Shown: piece after piece, positions 1 through 12,959 of the stretch
Numbering within the stretch: position 1 is the first letter of the stretch
How the letters are laid out: the number at the start of each line of letters is the position of its first letter
NCBI GenBank assembly: GCA_000708835.1
Contig: DF236980.1
Coordinates: 225,999 to 289,998, forward strand
DNA length: 64,000 nt
DNA from: Klebsormidium nitens
Lineage: Eukaryota; Plantae; Klebsormidiophyceae
Direction of reading: 5' to 3'
Program-made: the position numbers and the translations under genes
The notes under the pieces: model-generated
Database searches by the model: none
Told to the model about the DNA's origin: nothing
The model's input: only the letters and a program-made list of their open reading frames with translations

Positions 1-1962
1 TGCCACTCTCTTGACAAATAGCTGATGGGGCGACAACTCGATCGATTGAAGGCAAAGAAAATTTGAATCATCAAACCTTTCTGCAGAATTTCTGATCTGA
101 ATCAGAATTCTCAAATTGGCTGTTACATTCACGACCTCGTTGAAGTGCTCCTTTTGACGTCAGTCTATAGTGCAGTTCCGACACAAATGAAGGGCTTCTG
201 TGAAATAAGTCGCCCTTCGAATCTTACCCTGCAGCCAGGCATTGCTGCAACGTGACTTCTCGAGACTATACCAGATACCTTCGGAAAGCTCTCAGCTGAC
301 CTTACCTTTCAAAGCCTCCTGAATGTCAGCTCTTCTGATGAAGACATGCAGTACGCGCAACTTGGCTGTCGACCAGCTGTCGACAAGGGTGGCAATCCCA
401 ATGCATTTCGATGAACCTAGTGCTTCTCTTCCAGAGCTTCATGAGATCATGCTAGCTTGCATTCCTTTTGCAATGTGGCTCTGGCAAAGACGTCAGCAGG
501 GGGCGGCATCCCTGAAGCTACCCAACCACCATTGGAGAAATTTTGCGTTGCCGCCCATTTTCCAGCTAGCTAGGCCGCACAACACCGACTGAGCTCCCGT
601 TGCTGATCTGGCAAGACGAAGGTTAGATGCTATACGACTGATAACATCCCGTTCCATTGGAATTTTGCAATTTAGGCCACCCGTTTAGCTCGCGATGTTT
701 GCTATGCATAACCGTAGGTTGGACGATCTGTTCTAAATTCTGTTGTTTTCTTCATGAGGCCTTATGCATTGACTTTTGCGGCGGCCGCCCCGGGTTTGGG
801 GGACTTCCATTCGACATTGGCGCTCGCGCATGCCAGTACTGCAATTCATTGGTCGAAGCCGAATGGTTCAGCGCGAGGGTATCGTACCCAATCCCAGTCG
901 CATGATTGGCATGGGGGGTACGCGACCTGCGGGCTCACAAGTGGCTCTTCGCCCTGATGATTTCATTTCACAACCGACCGTTTTACCGGTACGGGTACAA
1001 GTTCCTCGTTGTTAATTTTGTGAGCCGTAGAAGCAATCCTATGTGAATTGAAGCAAGGCTAATTAACGACGACACAACCTAAGCTTTTTTGAGATAGACT
1101 TATCATGTTCCGCATGGTAAGTTCTCACTTAGGTTAGTCTCTTATCCAAAGTCCTACATCAAAGCTGGTCTATCTAGACATTGTGGAAGCCGTTAAAAAC
1201 CCCCCGAGGGTACGTCCCGTGGCTTTTGATATTGGGCCCTGATATTGGGCCCTGATTGGTCCCCTGGCCACATGCACTGCATGGGGCCTGCGCATACACC
1301 GCACTGAAGACAGTTTCATGCAACTTTCAGCAATTGGGCCAGTGGACTAGAGGTATCAAGGAGAGGAAGATTTTGCAACGGGCCGCAACGCTCTGCAATT
1401 CAGTGGGCAATCCGTGGTAGCCATTGACTGGGCCTGGGGGATGTGCGTGGCTATGTGGTCTCCGGGGTTGCATGATACGCAATCAATGGGGTGGCTGAGC
1501 CCATGCGAACAACTCTTACCTTTTTCTTTCAACGGTCTCTATGATTTCGAGGGTCCAGAATAATCATTCATTATGTTCTCAACTTGACAGAAAAGCACAG
1601 GTGATATATCTGGTCAAGTGCATGCAGCTTGGAACGATGCACAAGTGCACTACGAACATCGTCATCTAGTATCGCGGGTTGTAGCCCATGGCAATGGGCA
1701 CCCGGTCAAATGAAATACATATAAGTTCTTGGGACACTGTTGCTGGCCCCTTCATGGTTATGCCGAATGAGTGTGGCATTATGGTGACGCATTATGGCTC
1801 GCTGCTCAGATGTCGACCAATCAGGCCCGTCAAATCCTCTGTCATTGAAGGCTGTAAACGCACTGATTTGCAGATTTCGCATATGTATATCGGCTCGATG
1901 TCAATTCTGGAGTAACCTTGGTGCTCTCTTGAGTTGGTAGACTTAGACTTCTTCTCAAGGCT

Positions 1963-4830
1963 CTAGTCCTCCCCCTTTGACTCTTTCTCAGCTACCAGTG
2001 CTTCCTTTTTCTTTGGTTGTTTATCACCTTCCTCGTCAAGCCCGAGTGCCAACTGACCAGCGTATAGCACTAGCCCGACTGAGTTGAAGGCAAAAACAAA
2101 CGTACTCAAGTAAGCCAAACCAACCACAATGGTCCTGCAGAACACAGAGGTAACATCGGATGTGGATAAAGCAGCGTCTTGTGATTGCTCATATTCAGGG
2201 GCTCTAAAGCAACTCGTGCCACGAGGGTGGTAACTAGGGACACTCGTTGTCTCTGGGCACTCATTGTCTCCACAAACTGGCAAGTGCAGCACACGAGCTT
2301 GACGCACAAAGGCTTTCTCTAGCAACGTACAACTATAGTAGATACCGGACTGTCATGAGCACCGGTTGCTGACGCGATTTTGGGAAAACGCTACACATAC
2401 CATCAGCAGCTCGCTTAGAGAGCTTATCTGTGGTGCAAATATAACAAAAGCTTACCTGACAGTGATTGATATTTGCCGAATCTGCAAAACCAGTACAGAA
2501 GCATCTTTCAGCAACATGATCATCTTTCGAATCCATTTCATGTTTGGAAATGAATTGTCAACGATACCTAAGGCGCAGTGCGAGACTTGTGAATCTTGAG
2601 ATATACGATTCCCACCATCCAAAACGAAAAGTTGAGAGGATTTCGGCTCCTTCTTGACTGGATAGCAATGTGACTTTCCCACGCACCTACTATTGATGTA
2701 CATCGGGCGTGCTCATCACTAAGTCAAAGAACTACGAAGAAGGCACCAACCAAAGAGCTGCTACATGAACTGGCTTTGAGTCGTAGGCAAGGATTGTGAT
2801 CTCAGAAGGGTCGTTGATTACTCTGGAAGGAATACGACCCGTTTCGTTCTTCAGACTTTGACAGGGCATTGCCTGAGCATCCTCCTTGCAGTTCGAGCTT
2901 CGGTTCTCAATCCGTTTCTTGATTCGACAGCGGAATAGGTCGACGAGTAAGGCTCTCATTTTCTGGGGAAAGTTCTTCTGCAACATTCGCAGTGGCTGCG
3001 GACGGGACTCCGTTCACAAGCAAAGCGACAACAGAGAAGTCACGATGAAGTTCTTCGCCCGTCAGTCCTACACACACTCACGAAGAGGGCTTCTCACAGT
3101 GCGTAGAACAGCACGTCAAGGAACAGTCTCTTGTGCGCCGATTCAATAACTTCTCCTTACCTGGTAATCTGTAGACAGCCTCTGCGCATCAAAGACCGCC
3201 TCAACCTTTGTGGTGAACAGCCACAAGCCTGCAGCAATCACCCCCGCGACGACTGCGCCGCTGAGCACGCTCAGAGGGTTCTTCTTCTGAGAAGCCTCGC
3301 TGTCTTGTTTGGAGGCCGGGAGGGAGGGGATTTTGGGATTGACGGACTCCAGAGAGTTCGCTTTGGCCTCTGCTAGCAGATCCACGACCTCCTCTCTGTC
3401 GGACCGCACTCGCTGCAGATGAATCAATCTGATTAAATGTTGCTGGAATGTACAAGAAACAGCTTGAGACACTGGAACTTGGAGAGACTCTCCATGACTG
3501 CTGAGAAGTTTGTGAAAGGCACCGCTGGTGAATGGTGGTTGTAATCCTCCTATTTCATGTGCGCAGGTGTCTCGTGTGAAGATCTGAATGTCAGGAGCTT
3601 GGTATCTTAGCAGGCCCAAGACACATGGTCATAAACAATTCTCACAAGGGCACCGCTTTGAACCGGTTAGGTTGTCCAATGAAGCAAACAACAGGATTGC
3701 TTTAAGCTTTTGTGAGATGTACCACCATCTTTCTCATGAAAGGGTCCATAAGAGCTGCGAAGGAAGTTCGTTGACAATAGAACCAGCTACAAAGCCAAAA
3801 CTTAACCATTGAGACGCTTGGAAGTCCTTATCACTGAATTGTGCAAAGCATCCATTTGTAGTTTGTTTACAGACAACTCTCTCGCAAATCACCAATCGCA
3901 ACCTAACAAATTGCGTTTGATGACTTTCATGAGAACCACGTAATAGATCTTCAGCACTCAGAATCTGGATACAACTTTCTTTTGGAGAGCTGACTGCAAA
4001 ATAACAACAATGGGACACTGCGTTGAAGCAGCCTTTCGCAGAAGAAGACGTGGCACACGAATTTGAGGTGCTTCTGATATTGCACATTCCTGGCATCCTT
4101 CTGTCCCCCAGCTGCTTTCGCAGGACACTCAATCAATGGAGGGATGAATCTGTTGATGTCATACCGTTTTGTCCAAAGTTGCAATTATGGCGAATGGTAC
4201 AATCAGGCAGCGTCTGAAAAGCTTCATCGTCCTTTGCAAAGCTTTGCAGTGTGAGCACTCTGTGTCGGCCCCACTAGCACTGCAGCGTGTCTTCATGGAG
4301 TCAAGTGCTTGCACATTCCTGAAGATGGCACTGGTACACCAGCAGGCATCCAAGCAACTGGAGAAGAGAAGGAGCTGAAATCTGCTCACCACCCCGGTGG
4401 CCCGCTTTGCTCTTCTTCTTGCTGAACGGAACAGAAGCACACCAATGAGGGACGTGAGGGCCAGACTGGCTGCTGTCTGCAAGGGGGAAGCCTTTGGGAT
4501 CTCGAATGGGTCAATCTCAATTACTCTCTCCTTTGGCCCATCTGAGCTTGCCTTTTCTGTATCATTTTCAGCAAGTGCTGCCCGTGCACCTCTCCTAGTG
4601 TTGCAAGATTTAGAAGACCTGGTACTGCTCAAATCTTGCAAAGCCCCAGCATTGCCACCTTGAAGGAAAGTGCTGAGATTGGAAATTGGCCGCCTAGAGA
4701 GGATCGGCTGTGCTCGTCGATCCTGCTTGCAATTGCAAAACGGAAACGTTGGGCGAAGTTCCTGTGGACGCTGAAGGGCTCTACTTATGCTTACTGACGT
4801 CCCAGGCGCCCCAGCATGTGTCAGCGCCAT
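1963..4830 (-). CDS. DUF3082-family membrane protein, probably plastid-targeted; exons 4830-4390, 3412-3161, 2481-2456, 2134-1963
   Basis: GT-AG junctions join in frame. The product reads NPLSVLSGAVVAGVIAAGLWLFTTKVEAVF...DYQ|IRQISITVR|TIVVGLAYLSTFVFAFNSVGL, matching the cyanobacterial/plant DUF3082 pattern as I recall it. Includes a 26-nt micro-exon. The N-terminus is Ser/Arg-rich like a transit peptide. Confidence 0.85.
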
Positions 4831-5391
4831 TTAGGACGGCGCCTCACGCACTTTTTCTGAGAGGTCTCCTCTCTGAGTTGCACAACGTGATCCTGAGCAG
4901 CGAGAGCCGCCTTAATATTTGATTCACAAGTGGCAGGCCTGCAATGTGCAAGGCGCTGTTCAAATGCAATGTGCAGCTTGACATTTAATTGAATCTGCGA
5001 AGTTGGGAAGTCCATTTTAGAGATGACACTCACATGACCCGTCGTCGTCACCCCGTGCCGGTTCCCTACCAGATCTAGGCCCCTCAGATCACGGTACATG
5101 TACATATGGTTCTTGAAAACCGCGGCCGTCGTCTGCCGGTGCCCAAGACTCGCCACTTTCTTTGTTGCTGGTGTCAATCTTCGAGAGAGAGCGCGCTACT
5201 CGGAAATTGATACTTCTATCTGCGTTCTCTTCTTTCTCACATTGTCACAAGCACACTTTCACTTGAGCTTGTCTTTGAGAATGCTGCAGAAGTATCCGCC
5301 TCAGGCCATCGTTGGCTGTAGCGCTCAGTTCCAATAGAGCCTTGGCAGCTGGTTCCGTCTCGACCAAGGCGCAGCGCCGCAGGCTGTCCTG

Positions 5392-8280
5392 ATGGAGGCT
5401 GCAGTGTTTCCCATGATGGACCTCTTTGGGAATGCAAGCGATTCTGATGGTGATGGTGGTGGTGGTGCACATGCCAATGGTAAGTTTTGCCATTTTGAGG
5501 ATTATGAGATGTATGTACAGCTGATTTCCCGTCTGAAGCTGTCAAAAGCTTTTCTTCTCTGTCATGGGCGCAAGTGGCCACAGCAGGATCTTGATTCAGA
5601 AACTCAGGCGTTGGAAAAGCTCGATGAAAGGCGCAATTGCTGGAACCTCAGAACCAGAATGGCAGACAACAATGAGCTTGCGGCAGATTTGCCACCACTT
5701 CAACAGAGTTTTCTAGCAGCACCTAGAGTGACGAACTGTCACCTTCAGATTTCTCTGGCTGGGGCCCTTGCTCTTACTAGAGTCTCCTCCCTTCCCGACA
5801 GGCAGAACTTCTAAACACCTCTCTGTGAACACAAAAGTTGGCTGCACTACTTAAAGAAGAATTTGATTGGATTTGCAGGGGAAGAAAGTGGTGCTACGCA
5901 GAACCAACAGTACGTTGAGAATGAGCACCAGTTCCCTGGAGTGGTGAGAACACTTCAAGCACCTTGCAGCTCAGTTTAATGGAAGCCTTGTAATGGAAAA
6001 GGGTGCTTTGTACTAGAGAAGGGTGCAGTGCTGATTTGGATCATCCCTTGTTAGCCCTATGCCTCCAAAACAGGTTTCAATAAATTGAGTCGCGGAACCA
6101 TCATAATAAGGCTGGGCAGGCGGAACGCACAATTCTGAGATGGCCGAAACGCTGTCACAGCCGTCCGATCTTCACCTAATGAAGCCAGTCTGAGAGTGCA
6201 CTTGGGCGTTAGCTGCTAGCGACCAGGACCGGACTCTTAAGCTTGGGCCTCCTCTCTTGCGCCGGAAAGGACGAATCGTAGCCGTCAATTTGTTGACGTT
6301 GACAAGATGGACGATGATGACAGCCTGGTCGCTTGTCCCCCAGCCATTTCGAGATTGTGCGTTCCGCCTGAGGGGAATTCAAGCTGCGGGTCTCAAGGTC
6401 CCTGTCTGTACTATGCAGTCACTCATCATCCGCGAGTTCGACTTCCACCCTGTGAACGCCAACTTGGTATGGCCAGGAACGGCCTCCTTTGCCGAGTGGC
6501 TGGTGGAGAACCGGACGCTTGTCGAGGGAAAGAAGGTCTTGGAAATTGGCAGGTGAAGTAAACTATCTCAGAAGTTACAGACTGGTATCAGCAGACGGCC
6601 AGAAGCTGTAGCAACTTCTGTACTGTCGAGATTCAGAGAATTTGTACAGCTTTCCTGTTGTCCAATTGCAAATGAGTCTCAGCTTCAACAGCACATGCTG
6701 TTACACTTGACGTGTCCCTTGGTTGCAGTGATCGCATGTCTGCTGAGCATCTGCCTTGCAAACCTTCCTACACATGTTCCTGTCTCGCACTACTGCTTCC
6801 TCTTATCGACTCGGTGGCTGAAGCCTCCGAGTGTGTCCACCTCTGCCTCTTGACGACCCCTTGACGACATCGCAACTCATTCCTAATCTTTATCGTTAAA
6901 TCTCTTCCGAGCAACCTGCTAGATATAGTGAAAATATTAGTGTGACTTAGTCAGTCTGTTGCTGAGTGAAATTAGATGACACTAAAACTGGCAGGTTGGT
7001 CGGGAGAAGCTGTATCAGATAACGTTTGGTCATGCAGTGGTACGGGTATCCTGGCAATCTTCCTGGCGAAAGCCCTGCGGTGCAGAGTGACGACCAGCGA
7101 CTACGACGATGCAGAGATCGAAGAGAACATTGCGTACAACTTTCGAAGGAACGGCCTCGACCCTCCTCCCCACCTCAGACGTATCCATCATATAATATAG
7201 CAGCTTTTTTTCTGCTTGTTTTCAGAGAAAAGAGAGGTCTGCCAGCTTGCTTCAGCGGCACGAACCCCGTCCTAAGATTGCTCACCATATCCGACGGAAG
7301 TCGAGAGCTTAGTGACGACACGGGAGTCTTAAGTCGTGAGGTCGCAAAGGAATACGTATGATGCAGGACGTGCAGAATGGTTGAATGTACGTTCCATTGC
7401 TAAGATTGTCGAAGGAAAGCTTAGTTGCCAGCGGATTGAGCTTTGAACGTGCAAACCTCTTTGGAAAGATTTCCCAATCCTCAGGCAAAGGCCACCTTGA
7501 CCATACGGAGACCAGACACCTGGGGGACTCCACTGGAGGCGAACAGTCATACGTGGGACGTGCTTGTGGCGAGTGATATTCTTCTGTGTGAGTATTCAAC
7601 CTTTGCCCCGCCAAAGCTTCGAGTCCGTTGAGCAAGGTTCGAAGCCTCTCCTATTGAAGGCTCGCGTATCGACAGTTGCAAAGTTGCACCTTTGGTCACC
7701 CTAAGTGAGAGTGGACGTGCACTGTCTATGTTCAAGAGGGGGTGCTATCCGACTCTCCTTTGATGTAGAGTCTGTCTGAGTCTAGAGCCCGTCTAGAGTC
7801 AGTGTGAATCTACACGAATTACGGACTCCTCCAATTTGTCCAATTGGTTTGACGAACGTTTTTCTGTTGGTTTTACTTCGAACATGTCATAGGGTGACCA
7901 CACGTTTGACTTCTTGTGCAATTGCATTCGCAGACGTCAAACAGTACGAGAATCTCATCGACACGCTCAAGTATCTTCTTACCAATGGGGCAAGGGAGGA
8001 GGGAGCGGCCTCAGTGTTAAACGGCAGGCAGCTTACAGCCTCAGGGGAATCGAGTGACATCGTCCCGAACGACCAGCCGCAGATTAGTGGGAAGGAAAAC
8101 GTAGCGGAAGAAGCTGACCCTAAGAGGCTTGCGCGCCCTTATTTCCTGATGAGCTGGCGGAGGAGAATACCGAAAGCGGACGAAGCTAAGTTTTTCGAGG
8201 GCTGCAGGACCGCTGGGCTCTTTGTAACCGACGTAGGACCCCGAATATACTGCATCACAGCTCAGTGCTGGCAACGTTGA
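5392..8280 (+). CDS. SAM-dependent protein lysine methyltransferase (Methyltransf_16 / METTL21-like); exons 5392-5479, 5879-5943, 6419-6552, 7038-7180, 7516-7587, 7934-8280
   Basis: The spliced 282-aa product has REFDFHPVNANLVWPG, motif I VLEIGSGTG, TTSDYDD, HTWG and WDVLVASDILLYVKQY. All intron phases are consistent. Confidence 0.92.
6117..6370. other. Long imperfect inverted repeat (hairpin) in methyltransferase intron 2
   Basis: caggcggaacgcacaat (6117-6133) is the exact reverse complement of 6354-6370. Patchy pairing continues inward (atggc, gctgtca, cgtcc, atctt). Confidence 0.75.
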
Positions 8281-9564
8281 GGTCCCTTTCAGATCCTGTT
8301 GGATGCGCTCGTTTGACAATTTGACCAAACTATGCAGCAGGCCCGGCCTTCCCACATGGACGACTATACGCGGGCTACGATAGATCAAGCGATAACAACG
8401 GCTGTAAGATGTGATCAGCAGAATGATCTTGAATTGCGAGAGCGGTCTTGGGCTTGCGAGTGCAGGACCCATGGGCATGACACGACGGTGCAGGCAGGCC
8501 AGTCCGAAATTGAATCGTGAATACTTGGGCGCACGTGCTGGCGGCATTGTCGACTCACAGTCTAGCAGCGTATCAACTGAGGATTGGAATCTGGATAGTA
8601 TCGCGGTATGTTCAGCTCTCTAAATTAGAACATGATCATGCGTACACATGCATAATTGTTGCCAAGGCCGGGCCGCGGACGGCAGAGCTGCATATATGCT
8701 TACCGGGTACGTACCGCAAACGTTGTGAGCTAGGCGTTCGATCTGATGACTAGGCAAAAATGATTGCATGCGAGTCCGTGGCAGCTGCATGTACCAGGTG
8801 TACATATGCATGTTCAAGCATGCTATTCTCCATGAACCCTTGGATCCCACAAGTGCTGTATGAAAACCTGCATGCGGGCTTGAACGACAGGTAGCAAACC
8901 GGCTATGAGTGAACTGAAACTGAAGCTGGGCAATGCCACCATCAGAGTTAGTGACGACAAGTGTCAAAGTTGCAGCAGACATGTTAGTCTTGGCCATGAG
9001 CAATCTGCACCACAATGAGCCTTGCAGCGAGCCTGCAACAGTCCAGCCTCGTTGTTCGGCATTCTAGGTTCGTCACTGCGTTTAATGGTCTACTGAGATC
9101 CATCGCTGGCTTTGCTGTCATTGCTGTCTCAAGCTAGTCGTCTTCTTAGCTTTTGATCGCACATGCATCCCCAGAAAGCGCAACTCAAACGAGCGTGGTC
9201 GTTGAAACATCGACCCAAGAAAGGTAGAGTAACCATCTTCGGAAAACTTGTCCATTTTGTACAAGTTCTTCCTTAGGTAATCAAGTGCAATGCGGGAACC
9301 TTGACCGGAGGAACCACGCAGACACATTAGAGCACCTAGCAGAAGTCAGCAGCGGGGCCAACTCTGACCGGAGGAGGGAATCCCGCTACTTGTCTCTGAT
9401 CTCAGTGTAGGAACTTTCAGTGCTCTCCTTTCCAGTAGCCAACGTCTCAAGCTGTATGGGCTAGACACCCGAGAAAACCTCCACAAATTCCAACTTTAAG
9501 ACCCTCGAGTCACTCAGACCTGACTGGGACTGACGACTTCGCCTTGGGAATATCTATTATATAC

Positions 9565-12500
9565 TCAGAGCAGCAACTTCTTGCTGCGGACAATATCCAG
9601 AATCTCGATAATGTCTTCTATAGACTGAGACCCGTCAGCCGGGGGGAGCGCTTCGTACGGTACGCGCAGCTGCTTAGGGATGCGAGAAAGGAACCACTCG
9701 TGCTTCCTAACGTCAGCAATGGAGGCGCGCTGCTTGGGAGAGATGGACTTAGTCAGAAAAGAGGGGAGAGAGGGGGAAGAGGCAAGAGAGATAGACGGGA
9801 CAGGGGTAAGACAGCAGAGGAGGTAGAGAGGAGGGGAAAGGTCAGGATGGAAAGAAAGGCAGGGGCTGAGAACCATGAAAAGAAGACGGAGGAAGGGAGA
9901 GGGGACCGAAAATGGACTGACCTCTTCGGGTTTGACTTTGAAAAGCCTGCTCAGGAGGTCTTTGCACGGCTCAGAAAGCGAGATGCCCTCAGGAATGGTG
10001 TAATCTGCGTTGATGATCCGCTGTAACAAGAAGAATTGGTGCAGCTCAGACAATGAGGCAAGCACAGACTGCATTCCCTAGAGAACATGAGAGAATCCTT
10101 TATTCATCAGAACGAGAGCGCTGAGCCAGAATGCATTCGACAACGTGGACCGAGACCCAAGTCCTGCAGTGTGTGCCAAGAAGTGTGGTCAAACACTTGC
10201 GACTTGAACAAAACTTAAGGACGCTTTGATGTGACCACAGTTACTTTAACGGTCCCGATCGCAAAGAAGCCCTGAAAAATAAAAATGCCATCTGTAGTAA
10301 CTCAAACTATGCCCGTAATGTACCTTGAACGTCCTGTCCACGTTCTTCGGCTCCTCAGGGTCCGAAAATGGGTACGCGTGGAACAGAAGCGCGGCCAGAA
10401 TGACACCAAGCGACCAAAGATCTGCAGTTTGCGCAGCCGCCTGCCAAGAGAGCAGAGTCGATACTGACTCAGGCAAACTTTTGTGATGTGACAAGCGGTT
10501 GAATACTGATCTCTCTAACGGGTCCTCTTCGTCCTGATCATAAGGAAACACTCGTGCGTGAAAACGGGATTCCAACTGTCTGCAAATCTTGTTGCCACCC
10601 AAGCTCAATCAGTAAATGGTTCCGGATTGCATTTCCCAAACCAGCTATCATTGGTGCGCGGAACAGAAGGCTTTCATTCTTGAGTGGCAAGACGTGGAAA
10701 GGCTGCCTTGTCAACCCCAAACTCTAGGTCTTCAAGACAACTTTCTTGATCTGCAAACTTGTCTGCGACCTTGCAATGCTTAAGCAAAGTTGTCAAGAGC
10801 GGTAAGCAAAATTGTCAAGAGCGGAAGGATGATTGCGCCGCCTGAATGCAGCTTCCAAAAGTGACAAAGATGAGATCTTCTTGAGGATGATATTGTCAAA
10901 GTCTTGATTGCGCTCCCTAGGCACAGTCTTCAGAAAGAGCAGAACACGTGCGGGAACATGCAGCGCCTGATCTTCAGCGTGCATGTTACCTCAGAGACGC
11001 GAGGCCGTTGCCACACGATCCCTGTGCAGCAGCGCCTGGCTGTGCCTGACTCTCTTGGTCACACACGGCCCTGCAAGAGGGAGGGTCGTTGGGCACCTCT
11101 TCAGTCTCAGGAGCCAAGCTCTTTGTAAGAATCAGGCTTTGTGCAGCCTGCCTGCTGGCACAGGGAGTGTAGTCTTCTCAATGTGCTTGCGCACCAGCTC
11201 ACCTTCAGATTGAATGGCCTAAACGCTGTGGGACTCTGACTGCGAATGAGGACCTCTGGTGCAGCATACACAGTGATCCCTGGGCCGTGCTCGTCTTGTA
11301 AGGAATCAACAATCTGCAAATGCAGCACCGCAGCACTTGAAAACTTGCATCAAACAGACACGGAGGACAAAGGGTGTGACCCTTCTTTCAACAACCTCTT
11401 AACGCTCTGTGGGACTTCATGCAGGGCAAATCTACAAAAGCATGCAGTTTCATTTGCATCCAAAGACGATCGTCGTATCCTGCTAGAAGTCTTGCAGACG
11501 GACACAAAAAACATAACTCGCGAGCGTTCTTGCATAAGATGGAAAACTATGCCCACATTCTGCATTGTTGGGAGAGGCACTTGACCAAAATGCGTACCGC
11601 TGTGAAGCCGAAATCCGTCAGTTTCAGCTCCGGGAACGACTGACCCCCCACAAGGATCGAATCCAAAGAAAGGCTCCGCGGCAGGGCGCCCTGTCATGAA
11701 CCGCATCAAAAATGTCAATGCAGGGTACTTGAATGATTCAGGAGGTTAGCTTAATACCTCCGGTACATGCGTGACCGCATTTTCGCAAGAAATACAGAGA
11801 ACAGCTGAGCAGGGCATCGAAGAGATCTGTCAGGCATCAAGTGCAGCCACGATCCCTCACCTGTCTGTGGCAGAACTCAAGAGCAGCTACAAGCTGCTGG
11901 AAGAGGAAGCGGACCTGTGGAACAGAAGCACAGCCTGTCTGAACACTTCGCAATGAACAAAGGACGAAAGAGCTTTCCTGTTCCACCTTTTGAAAACAGA
12001 TGTTGCAAAACACTACTGATTGGCCAAGTCTGAACATGAATTGGAAGGCAAAGTCAGAATCGTACCTGGACTTCAGACAGTAACTTCCTGTCCACAAAGC
12101 GCATCAGGCTGCCTCCTGGCACGTAGTCAAGGACTAGAGCCAGATAAAACTGCGTCAAGAGAACCTGAAAAGCGCAAAGAGGGTAGCTCAGTTACTGGAA
12201 GTTGAAGGCCTCACCCTTGAGAACCCAACGCAAATAGAAGAAGCATTGACTATTCTCCATCTCTTGCAGACCTTGCAGAATACGTACAAGCCTCCCAGCA
12301 TGAGGTGAAAGAGGTCAAGGACTGCCAACCGGAAGGCCTTGGAAGACACCCCTCAACAGAGCTGCCTCACCCTTCGTAGCTGAACCACACAAGGATGACG
12401 AAGCATGTGGTAATGTCGAATCTCACGTTCAACCTGCTCAGTAACCTGATGCAAGGAGTTGCGGCTTTGTCAGCAGCTAAGTGGCAGACTCTTATGGTAG

Positions 12501-12959
12501 GATTTGATGAGAGACCTGCGGGATCCAATGATTGACAACAGAGCAAATTCTGGGTCACGTGCAAGCAGCATAGCAACGCTTTCCCACATCGATGGAAACG
12601 AAGAGCGGTTCCAACTTGTCGAATTGGACCTGCAACAATGTCAAAGCTCCAGCCAGCCCCTAGGGCCCGCTCCTGTAGTAAATATCCAGAGGACCAGCTC
12701 CCCAGAAACGAATCCGCTTGGACCCACGAAGCCAAGCGAACAACCAGGTGCACCAGCAACCTGCACGTATTGTAGTTAACCAGTATCGATAGCCATATGC
12801 TAATATTACCTTGCTTCTTTGCAACAGTTTCACTGCAACTTTCTCTCCCGTCTTCCGATCTGACATAACCTTGACTTTTCCAAACGCCCCATGTAGAGCC
12901 CCCAGATGCTCGTCGACATAGTGATCTTCCAGTTCTGCATGTTGTATCGGACTGGCCAT
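9565..12959 (-). CDS. SnRK2: SnRK2-derived kinase-like protein, predicted pseudokinase; exons 12959-12810, 12445-12371, 12164-12066, 11914-11861, 11690-11598, 11313-11203, 10440-10324, 10020-9922, 9729-9565
   Basis: Nine exons of 150/75/99/54/93/111/117/99/165 nt; the canonical plant SnRK2 internal pattern is 75/102/54/93/93/105/99. Motifs: VAVK, EREIRHYHMLRHP, RFLFQQL, LKLTDFG, YAAPE, ADLWSLGV, YPFSDPEEPKN and an SnRK2-box-like SQSIEDIIEIL. The catalytic loop reads GALPRSLSLDS. Confidence 0.85.

Noticed and set aside
1-600. Possible minus-strand exons (donor-like GTAAG near 226 and 305) of a gene leaving the window
   Set aside because: No recognisable protein similarity and no consistent exon chain could be built.
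6314-6371. Box C/D snoRNA call from ATGATGA...CTGA
   Set aside because: No terminal stem or recognisable rRNA guide was found, and the motifs are short enough to occur by chance. Kept only as a note in the hairpin finding.
10781-10824. 22-bp tandem duplication in an SnRK2-like intron, and microsatellite-like runs at 59700-59830
   Set aside because: Ordinary slippage products with no link to splice sites.
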